Source: Phoronis australis (lineage: Eukaryota; Animalia; Phoronida). Taken from it: a stretch of 64,000 nt of DNA. The DNA lies in the NCBI GenBank assembly GCA_002633005.1, contig NMRA01000110.1, positions 124,001 through 188,000 of the forward strand. Direction: 5' to 3'. Below, one piece after another: positions 13,701 to 25,700 of the stretch. A program made the translations under genes and the position numbers. A model generated the notes under the pieces. It had not been told where the DNA came from, did not search any database, and saw only the letters and a list, made by a program, of their open reading frames with translations. The stretch's first letter is position 1. Every line of letters starts with the position of its first letter.

Positions 13701-16700
13701 TGCCACTTCGCAATATGCCGGATTGCGACGCCACATAAATGTTTGCCGTCGGTAATGGGAATGAGTTATGGCACGAGTGTCGCCAGCCCTCCCACTACCA
13801 GAGCTGGTTAGAGTTGAGAAAAAATGTGCATCATTTTTTGCTCGTCTAAGGTAGATTTTTGAAAAAATGATGAACTAAAATACTGCTCCACCGATTCGAT
13901 TTTAAGAAACACAGAGAGGAACATCTACATATACGTATTATTTTGGCCTTACCAGCTACAACTAAGTCGTTGATGATTCCTTTGATGTCGTCGTCGCCGA
14001 GCTTACCAGCAGGTCCAAATTTCTCTCTCTTAACATTGGCGTTGTTTGAATTTTCATCGGAAGGCATGTTGGAAGACATCTGATTCACGAACAAGGCGTC
14101 AAAAACTCCTTTGATGTCATCCGGATCAAGCTCTTCCTGAAATTGGACGTAAAAATGGAATTCCTTCAAGGAGAACATGGCACTTTTAATTGACATTTAA
14201 ATTGCTGAGTTGTTCTGCTTTTAAGCAGCCCGAGACAATCATTTCTCGAATACCTTTTGAAATTGCAAGCTTTTAAGATCATCCAGCAGTCTCTTATGTA
14301 CAAGACTAAACCTCTGTCCTACGCTGTCACAAACACCCTAATCATTCTAATGTCCCACGTCACTCCAATGTGCGTAACTGAGACAGGCTAGCCAAACAGA
14401 GAGAAAAGTGCCCTTGCATAAGAAGATATTCGTCGAGCGATCGCGCTTCCAAATGACCGCAAGGTAAAAAAACTAATATCCGAACTCGATCTCCAAGCTC
14501 AACTAAATTTTCATAATACAGTACGGTATATACGGCCAAGTACATGCGTGTAATTCAAGTTCGATTCAGTACTCAAACATGTATCTTTAAAAGGATACCA
14601 AGCCAGGTTTTAGCCTATTAACAGATACTAAAAACGACTTTTCCATCTTGTTCTCGGAAACAAATTATATCTCTAACCCTTGACAACCCTCAAAAGTTTG
14701 GAGGAAAATTTGAAAATCCTTTCAGAGTCTGTTAAGCAAGTAAGCGTGACTTACGCTTTTAGCGAATTTCAAGGCAACTGTGGATAAAGACCACCCACCA
14801 AAAGCCATAATGTCCTATCTGTGACATAGGAATTACGAGTTTTTAGTTGATTCCTGTCTTTAACTTGGAAGATTGGCGCCAAAGGGGGTTTAGCAGGTGA
14901 CAGAACGAAGACTGGTTGAAATCATCAAAACAGAGATTAATTAATAACCTTTTAAAGATGAGACCGCCAAGTGCAAAGTTAAGTTGAATACTAATATTTT
15001 TAGACCATAGACTGCTCGAGCACAAATGTCCAGCTACGTATCATTATTAGAAAGAAAAAAAAAATTTCAGTTGCCCGGATAGCTCATGGAAACGATTGCT
15101 TACATAGGAAGCTGTAACTCTATCTGCTGAATATGTTAAGATCTCTGATTCGATTCACAGAATAGTCGAAAATCACCAACAACTATTGTAGAGTGTAGTG
15201 TCCAATCACCTGGAAGAGGAGACTGGTGATGGTTAAATAAGATCATTTCGAACTTTCATAAAATACCTTGCAGATTTTGAAGTGTTTTTCAAGAAATTTA
15301 TCACGCACTTCCACTCCTTGCTCCATTGCTCTGTAGCAAGCGTTACCCAGAAACCGCAACCATGGGAACGCGTCGAGTTCTGCTCCGTGGATTGGATGTA
15401 GACCGACGTTAAACAACTTGTCGAACAGAAAGACTTGCATTACTTCTTCATCTGTTGATTTGAAGGCTTTGCCAAGAATCTGAAACACGCATTCCATTAA
15501 AATGGGCATCATGGTGCCAAGTTGCCAAGGAAGTGAGTAAGAGATTCAGAGCTTTACTACACCATTTTGCAAAATAATCTCGAAACATCGCCCCACGCTC
15601 AATGTACATAAACCAATGTGTCAAGAAAATGAGGAAGTTCATGGTTCTATAACACTACATTGCCCTGAGTCATTGGTGCAATTCAAACCAGGTTCAAATT
15701 TTACCGTTAAAAAGCATTGTCGTTGTTGATGAAATTGGATAATTAGGAATGCTTGTACTATAATCTTTACTGTTTGAGTTCCGATCTCATATAGAAAGTG
15801 AGAATAAAATTACTCACTACAGAAGTCATTATGTTGCAAACGATCGTGTGAAGAAACGGGAAAGGGTCGAACGGTTGACCCTTAAACTCTGACATTCTCT
15901 CCAGCATGTCTTTTGTTTCACCAGTTATTGTCGCCTCCAATCTGTATAACACAATTCAAGAACAAGAACGTAGTACGCATGAGTTGCATTACTCATTAAC
16001 TTTATCATGAGAAAAGTGCATCGATTTTAAAAATTCAATGACGGCTCTTATTTGCTCTTATTTACTTTTCAGTTTTAAAAAATAGTCATGTTGGTCGTTT
16101 GCCTTACTTATTGTTCGTTTTTTACTGTGAAACTTGTACGCGTTTTGGTTTACGACAGCAATTTTTGCAACCAGCACATTCAGCCAAGCCCACGGATAGA
16201 AACTAGCTTGCTTCAACCCGTGACATCAATGATATGCCGAGAACTTCGATTGATAATCTGGGGTTAACAGTACATTTCAAAGCTACGCGATAGACGCTTG
16301 GCCATTTATTATCTATTAGAAACCTTTTATCTGGAAATTTCGGACAGCGTAATTGGAGTAGTTTATCGCATTTTTGTAATGTCACAGCATTGTGAATCTT
16401 TATTGAATAATTGTATCAAACGGCAACAAAGGTACAATCAATTATAAAAACAAAGATGTATACATTATCCACAGCAAAAATGAGGGATCCTCATTTTAAA
16501 ACTTCTGTCTTTACAAGATATAAATCTTTTGAATCATTGAAATTATTTCCCTAATAGCTTAACTCATCTTTTGCATTAGCTCTCTGGTTCATTTCCTTTC
16601 ATGTTACTACTATTATTTTCGAATTTTGGTGACACTCGTTGTTTTTAAAATAAAAAAATAAATCAGTCAGGGATGCAAAATGATAATAACTTATGAAATA

Positions 16701-19700
16701 AATTATTTATCTTTTGCTTCTGGTATAATCATGAAGAACTGCCTGACTCCTATGCAATTCTGTTGGGAAACGGCGGAGTTGCGAAAACTTAATAACAGTA
16801 AATTCCATAGTAAGTACACACAGCGGAACAAACGCATGCAAACAAATCTCACGCAGGCGCGGTGCAACCTCAGAGTCCGCGAGATCCCTGCAATTATTTT
16901 TTACATGTCGAGCTCGAACTTTTGTCCAAAGTTGGCTCACGTCGGAACATCATCTCACAAATGGCCGATCGGATTTATATTCCCAACTTTCAGATCTGTT
17001 TTTTGCACTGTTCTCTTAAACCGGATTGGAGGTTATCTTTGAAAGTTCCACTTTTGTATTAGGAGCTATGTAAAATACGGGTTTCATGATTTTCATTAGC
17101 AATCTCAAAAGTTACGAAAACGAAAACGAAATAAAAATTAAGAAAACTGGAACAGTGTTTCGGAGATTTCATCTTCAACATTTTTATCAAATGAAATTTG
17201 CTGGTGTTGTTGATACTATCAGTGCAACTGTCCTACCTCTAAACTTTACTAGAAAGGCATTGGTCACATGTCTCACTTATTGGCAGATTGGTAAAATAAA
17301 AAGTCACAAATCAAACTCAACAAGCTGTCTACTGCTGCATACATGTATGTTGACCAGCTTACAGACTAAGTCGTGTTAACTCGTTACTAAGCCACCAAAA
17401 CATGCTAAGTTCACTCGTCTAAATCGTCGACCTGTAATGAATATCTTACTTCAGACACCCGGATTTATTGATGTCAGTTTATTGTCACGTGATTCCACAA
17501 CAGAAAAGAATAGGAATGTGATATTGTTGCTTTGGCAGCATAAAAATAGTTGGAAACGCGATCTTAACTTTCTTTTAATACAATAAAATGCAATTGAAGT
17601 CGTGTAGGATGACGTATGCCATTACGTTTATTTGGTTTTGTGTGGTGCGTCTGCTCTCTAATCGTCTTCTGTAAAAAAGTTAATTACTTCCTCTCACCAA
17701 AGCATACGTCAACCAACTGACTACCTTTCCATTCCAACGCCATAACTCTTCAAGGCCCAGTAACCGACTTTCTTTTTATGTTGCACGTGAGGTGAATACG
17801 TCGTGAAACCAATGTCAGATCGTTTGCCGAACATAAAGAAACGCAGCGTTTCGGGCCTGTGGAAACAAAAAGTGACGTCGTCACCAATGCCATTTAGGCT
17901 TAGTCATAGTGCATGCTTCATGCGTAAATGGGGAATACGACTAGACCAAATTAACGTTACAATCTTTTACTCCACCCTAAGTGAATTTGCATTGGCGACG
18001 CGCCAGATTGCTCTTTCACTGGGACGCTTTAGACACAGTATACATGGACCTTGAACTGAATGTTATGATTTTTGATTTCCAGTATGTGCACCGGCACGAT
18101 CATTAAAAGAGACAAAATCTATTTGTATTACGTAGTATCTGAAGGTTATCAATCGCCCTAGAAAAATTTTAAATTTGGCTAGGTTCGTTACACCGTATCT
18201 CAGAAACGGCTGATCGAGTTCATTCCCAGATTTTGCATGCACCCTTTGCCGGTCGTCAGCTCAACTTGCTGATGCAAATTTCAACTATCTGGATGGCTAC
18301 CTGAACACGTGCTTCAAATTAAAAGACGTTGTTGACAAACCTTCCGCCGAACTCGATTCCTTTGTTTATGAAAACTTCCTTGATTCCTTCCATACTGTTG
18401 ACGATGACGCTATAGGCTCCAAGTGAATTTATCCGGAAAATGTCGCCGTAAACATCTTTCCAATGCGTAAATTGAATGTGTGTTTTTTCAAGGTCCAGTT
18501 GATGCAAGTTACCTGTGTGAAAAGTAAAATCACATTCTATGTTACTAATAGTAAGAATAGCCTTTAAGTTGCATTACAAAAGATTAATAAAAGTTGTGTT
18601 TCGTCTGACTCCAGGCTACGAGAAATGTATCAGCCCAACAAAAATATCATGGCTAGGCACTTTAGTTGTCCTAATTCGTCACACAGCACTTAACAAATTT
18701 GTGACAACATCTTAATTTTCAGTCACATTGAATGTAGAGCGAGCATCACACGTTAATTGGATCATGTCTTGGTTCAAATTTGCTAAAAACGTTACAGCTA
18801 CGTCATGGCGAGAAAATAGACAAATTAGCTTATTATAAGCTTAATGACTTATTCTTATTAAAATGACATAGGCAAAAAATTGAATTCCAGGCCTCAAAAG
18901 CGAGGCCTCTTATATTAATATAGGGAAATATAGAGGGCTTCGCCGAAAGGCGGCCGGAGAGCGGGGCCTTCCTATATTAATATAGAGGACCCCGCTTTCC
19001 GGCCGCCTTTAGGCGAGACCTCCTATAATAATATAGGCGGCCTCGCCGAAAGGCGGCCGGAGAGCGGGGCCCTCTATATTAATATGGGGCACTCTATAAT
19101 AATATAGAGGCCCCGCTCTACGGCCGCCTTTCAACGAGGCCGCCTGTATTATTATAGGGGGCCTCGCTGAAAGGCGATCGAAAAGCAAGGCCCCTATATT
19201 AATATAGGTGGCCTCACCGGAAGGCAGCTGGAGACCGGGGCCCCCTATGGACCCCGCTCTCCGGCCGTCTTCTGGCGAGGCTTCCTATATTAATACGAGT
19301 GAACTCGCCCGACGAGCGAGGCCGTCAATTTCAATATAGGCAGCCCACTTGAAGGGGACCACAGAGTCTATAGGCTGCCGAAGAGCAAAGTGCGTTACAT
19401 TATTAGGATACCCAACATTAGTTTGGAGGCACCACTGTTTGACTACCTTTGGTCACGGCCCCTGACTATTACAGGAGGTCCCAATGTTCATACATCTTCT
19501 CGTGGTTTAATGTAAAATTGCATAATTTGCCCGCTTTTTGACTGGTAAGGCTCCCTATCATAATACAAACATCTTTGTTCTTCAGTCGCCTTCGGGCTGG
19601 GCCCATCCAATCACATGACAGAACATGAATGGGCACGAAAATCATAGCCAATGTCTTCAAGTCAATTAAGACTTTCCATCACTACACTATGGACAACGAG

Positions 19701-22700
19701 CTTTAATAAAAACCTCAATCGTAAGTTTGTAGATTCTATCAACTTCAAGTGTTAGGTATTTTGAGGGCTCAATGTGCTTTTCCAGTCAGTGCACTGCCTG
19801 TGATGATAAAATATTGCCACACAAGGGGACAAAACATGTATTAAATTTTGTAAAAAAATCACTTATCGATCAGCTTGTTGATAGTTGTCTCATTTTTTTT
19901 ACAAAATATCTTGTTTGAAAGACAAATGATTGTTGTCCAGTGATACACCCCACGGCCTTTCACAATTTTGAGCATTCCCCTTTCCTATAACATATTAGTT
20001 CTTACTGGAAAGAACAATAGAATTTATGCATTTTATTTATTGTGCCAATTTCATACTTACATGAAGGCCAATGTTTTGTTTGATTTCATAATATTGCGGG
20101 TGTCAATAAATGTCGATTAAGCAATGATTCATTATTAAGTTTGACATGTGAACTATCTATTATATAAAATGCATCTTTCGCACAAACTCCGTCTCCCCCG
20201 CTCCACTACAGACCTTCGTTGCGCCCGTTTCGGCACCGTCTTGGTCCCAGGTATTGCACCGGCCCACGATTTGGATTCGAGGTGTTCTATGTTTTCTCGC
20301 GGGCCGTTTTTTCGCGGACGCAGAGGGAGGGTGGCCAGTTTCGTACTGGCCTTGGTGACGTCAGTCGGTCGGCTCAAAGGCCTGAATGACGTCACTTCGT
20401 TGGCTTTATTTCACTCCCCCCCGGCTTCTGTCGTGTCGAGCCTTTCGCCGCCAAAATTAATGATGCCTCATTAAAATTTTTCTACTCTTCCTTGAGTAAA
20501 CTAAATTATTAACCGGGGTGTTGGAAAATTGGCGTTCTTCAGTTATTCTGCTGCTAAAATTGCGATGCGCTGTTTGGGCGCCATTGCGTCACTTATCGGG
20601 CCAATTTCCTTGTTCTTCAATCAACTGTGTAGGTTGCGTACATGTCATAACAATCGGAAGTGGTTTCATTTCGTTACAAGTTTTTACTATATCAATACCA
20701 AAAAAAAAAACAATTTCAGAAAATAATCTCGAGAGATATCGCAGTTTTGGGAAATGGCACGTACATACGCGTGTCACGAGACTGCACTGTTTTCAAAACG
20801 ACGGCAGGATTTTCCTTTGTTAAAAAGGCGGAGAATTACGAAAAATAACTGTGAATGTCGATTCATTCCCGGATTCTGCATGCACCCCTGCAGGTTGTTA
20901 GCTCTAAGTTTCACGACGAGGTGGCGAGCTAAGCACCTGGGTTGTGTGAAATTTCGGTGTCTATCGGAGCTCTACACACGACTACCTAGCTGTATGTCGA
21001 CAACAGTTTTCATACAGCTAGCTCAGTGGCTTTCTACCTCAGTAGGCTATGTACATTTATGATGCAACTTTTGTAAATACATCCTGGGGCGGATCCATGA
21101 TTTTGAGTTGGGGGGACGGCACTATTAGCCAGAATTTTGCCCTTCAGATATTCGCACTCCCGAACTGCCAAATGGAAGCTGGGAGAATTTTATGGGGGAA
21201 TGGCCCCCTTGGTCCCCTCTAAATCCGCCACTGACATCTATAATCTTTGTGTACTATACAATATTTTAAACGGATTCTTAGTTTTCACTTTAAACTGAAG
21301 AATATCTGATTACCGTACTTTGTGTTACGACAGGGTTAAATGTCTGGAAAGAAATTTCTACTGCTTAGGGAAAGAATCCCACAGCCGCACACCTACTAAA
21401 ATCTGACAGGTGACAGAAATTTTGCTTTAAGCTTTGAACACGGTCTCTCAGTGCGATGAGCACTCGATCAGTTCACTCTTAGGGGTTGCTATTTCCCCTC
21501 GCGTTTCCCACTAGCTGCTACCCGTGCGAAAGCATGGGTAACGGCTAGTGAATGAAATAAAATTGAAAAGTGAATAGATTGGTTCCCCATCCTCCAACCA
21601 TCAAATGGTTCCTATGCCTATACCCTATTGCTCAGCCCCTCCACTATGAGGGTAATAAACCAATATTCTAAGTTAACTCCAACCCCTTCCCTTTGGCATC
21701 ATGGTGGCACAAACACGGAAAACATTTTCCTCTAATGGACCTATTTACTGAAAATCGCATACCGGCCTATGATGTAAAAATTTGTCAGTTGTACACATCG
21801 GCTGTAGATCAAGGGAATTTTGTCTGCATGTACCTTGTGAACGTACATTGTCCGCGGATGAGGTAACAAGTTTTGAAATTCAGTAAGATTCCAAGTTCAA
21901 CCACAACAAAAACATGGCCACGTTACACTTCTAGCTGGGTTTATTTCTGGTTACATTCGAAGTCTCCTAGCTCAAAGTTACACAAGATACGTACTTCACT
22001 CAACTGCATGTCTTGTTTGGTAACAGCTGGGCTGTTTTTCAACAAAAAAAGCTTTTGCTTCAACTTGAAGCTCATGATTCCAGGGTCATAATTTGTATTC
22101 AATATTAGGCAGCCGGTAGGCAACACCCTGGATGCCGCAGGCATACAGGGGCGGTGAGTACATCCCATAAAAAGTTACGAATTTCAAAATACACGAAACA
22201 AAATTAAATGAAATATGCATATATGCACATGGAGTTATAATTAGCACATACCATCAGTCTGGAGAAGATTGAGTCAAGATAATTTGAAGAAATCGGTGAA
22301 AATCTGTCGCGGTTTGCTTGACTTTTCTTGGGGTGCCATTTTGAGGAAGTTATGTGAAATCACTCATTTTGGCGAATAAAAAGTCTAAGGGACACTAATC
22401 TTACAAATTTAACCTGATACCTTCCCACGCTTTTTTGCGTCACGCGCCAGCGTCACGCGCTTCACTAAGTCTCGCGCTATAGCCTGCCTATTTTGTAGTT
22501 ATCGCGTGCGTGGTGAAAAAAGTTAACGGTGACCAAAAAAGTGGAGTTGGAATTCTTCGCCAAAGTCACCTTAATTCTCGTAACTAACTTAGCTTCACCG
22601 AAGATACGTGTAAAAGTAAAAAGGACCACTGAAGAAAGTAAGCTCTTTTTTAAATGATAGGTTTAAGTGTGAATGTATTTTTTACCAGGTGAAAACTCCA

Positions 22701-25700
22701 AATCAGTGGCCGGATTTGGCCTACCGCCCGTTTAAAATATATGGGACGAAATTCATATGATCGATGGGAAGTATTGCAGCTATTGCAGCCTGTAACCGGC
22801 AAACCGAGGGGCTACGTGTTGCCTAGGCAGATGGTAGCCCCTAATTACTAGTGTGCCCCACCGGAGCTACGTCGCATGTAAACCGGTGGAGTTGCCCAAT
22901 CTTGACTGGTGAGGGTGTTCCTAATGTTGGATATTCTATTCATGCTGTTTTAATCGCTGCGCCACCTACAGGCAGATTGAAAAAGTGCATAACACCAGCA
23001 AAAGGCTCACCAGGCTCACAAAGTGAGAGACACAGAACAAGCATTTCAACTTATTCTACTATTCCCACTAATCGCTGCGCCATCTGCAGGGATAGGCTGA
23101 TAACAAACATTCTGTCAGCTACAGGCTCACAGCTTGAGAAGCGCAGAACCCACATTTCAACTAATTCAACTATTCCCACTAATCGCTATGCCACCTGCAA
23201 GCAGACAGATAAAGCACATGGCGCTGCAAAAGGCTCACCAGGCTCACAACTTGACAGACAGAACACGCATTTCAATTAATTCAACTATTCCCACTAATCG
23301 CTGCTCCACCTACAGGAACAGACTGATAACAATCATGACATCAGCAAAAGGCTCTCAACTTAAGAGACACAGAACAGGGATTTCAACTAATTCAACTATT
23401 CACACTAATCACTACGCCACCTACAGGCAAATTGAAAAAGTACATGACGCCAGCAAAAGGCTCACCAGGTTCACAAAGTGAGAGACACAGAACAAGTATT
23501 TCAACTTATTCAACTATTCCCACTAATCGCTGCGCCACCTGCAGGGATAGGCTGATAACAAACATTATGTCAGCTACAGGCTCACAGCTTGAGAAACACA
23601 GAACCCACATTTCAGCTAATTCAACTATTCCCACTAATCGCTATGCCACCTGTAGGCAGACAGATAAAGCACATGGCGCTGGCAAAAGGCTCACCAGGCT
23701 TACAACTTGACAGACACAGAACACGCATTTCAACTAATTCAACTATTCCCACTAATTGCTGCGCCACCTACAGGAACAGACTGATAACAATCATGACATC
23801 AGCAAAAGGCTCTCAACTTGACAGACACAGAACATGCATTTCAACTAATTCAACTATTCCCACTAATTGTTGGGCCGCCTGCAGGCAAGTCAGTGACTCG
23901 AGCAGGTAAATAAAGTTCATCACATAATCAATGGGGTCACCATCTTAGAGACTCCACACACGCATTTCAACTAATTCAACTATTCCCACTAATCGCTGCG
24001 CCACCTACAGGAAAAGACTGATAACAATCATGACATCAGCAAAAGGCTCACAACTTAAGAGACACAGAACAGGCATTTCAAGTAATTCAACTATTCCCAC
24101 TAATCACTGCGCCACCTGCAGGGACAGAGAACCTACATGACATCATCAACTGGCTCACAAGTTTAGAAACTCCCAACACACATTTCAACTAATTCGACTA
24201 TTCCCACTAATCGCTACGCCACCTGCAGGCACACCTGATACCAAACATGAAGTCAGCAACAGGCCCACAACTTGAGAGACAGAGAACACACATTTCAACT
24301 AATTCAACTATTCCCACTTATCGCTACGCCACCTACAGGCAGATTGAAAAAGTACATAACGCCAGCAAAAGGCTCACCAGGCTCACAAAGTGAGAGACAC
24401 AGAACAAGCATTTCAACGTATTCAAATATTCCCACTAATCGCTGCGCCACCTGCAGGGATAGGCTGATAACAAACATTATGCCAGCTACAGGCTCACAGC
24501 TTGAGAAACACAGAAACCACATTTCAACTAATTCAACTATTCCCACTAATCGCAATGCCACCTGCAGGCAGACAGATAAAGCACATGGCGCTAGCAAAAG
24601 GCTCACCAAGCTCACAACTTGACAGACTCAGATCAGGCATTTCAACTTAATTCAAGTATTCCCACTAATCGCTGCGCCACCTACAGGAACAGACAGATAA
24701 TAATCATGACATCAGCAAAAGGCTCTCAACTTGACAGACACAGAACATGCATTTCAACTAATTCAACTATTCCCACTAATTGTTGCGCCACCTGCAGGCA
24801 AGTCAGTGACTCGGGTCTTTCTGTCTCACATTGCCAGTTATACTTTAGATGGCGCTACAATTGGTTGAATTAGTTGAATTAGTTGAATAGCTCAGTGCTG
24901 GATAGGTTGAGCTGACTTGGGATTCGTTGGATTCAACTAATTCAACGATTCCTACTAATCAGTGCGTCACCTGTGGACAGGGAGCTAACTTACATGATGT
25001 CATCCACAAGCACAATGTTAGAGACACCAATCACGCATTTCAACTAATTCAACTATTCCCACTAATCGCTGCGCCACCTGCAGGGGCAGTTTGATAACAA
25101 ACGTGATGAAAGCAACAGGCTTGCATCAGTGGTGAAGACAGGATAAGTTGAGATAAGTTGGGATTAGTTGGGTACAACTAAACATTCTGACATGTATGCC
25201 CTCCACATGTTAAAACATGTAGAGGGTAGGACTATTATGTTGTACTACTCCGTGGTGCAACTACACTGTAACGACCGTCGGTCTGTGCATGCAAAATCTA
25301 GGAAATAGCCGACACTCACCTTGCCCTTTGCAGCCGTTTAAGTAAAAAAAATCTAATAAACATCATTTTGTTGCATAATTCTTTGTCTTTTTTTAACAAA
25401 GAAAAGTCCGTCATTGTTTCGCTTGTGACACGCGCACGCGCCATTTATTAATTTGCGACATCTCTCAGGATATGATTACAGCTTCGCAGCAGCAAATTTT
25501 GTTCTAAAATTGAATTTCCTGGTATTAAAATACTGAAAACTTGTAACGAAATAACACCAGTTCCGATAATTTGTTGTGACATGTACTCAACCTAGTGGAA
25601 GAACAGTAGATTGAGGAATCGGTGAATAAAGAAACTGGCCAATAGGTGATGCAATATTTTATGGCGCCGAAAGCCAAGCAAAAGATCGGCATCACAATTT

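Noticed and set aside
22953-25130. CRISPR-like repeat-spacer appearance and ORFs of 84-142 aa
   Set aside because: The spacers are homologous and recur in order, there are no cas genes, and the context is eukaryotic and intronic. The ORFs are by-products of the repeat.
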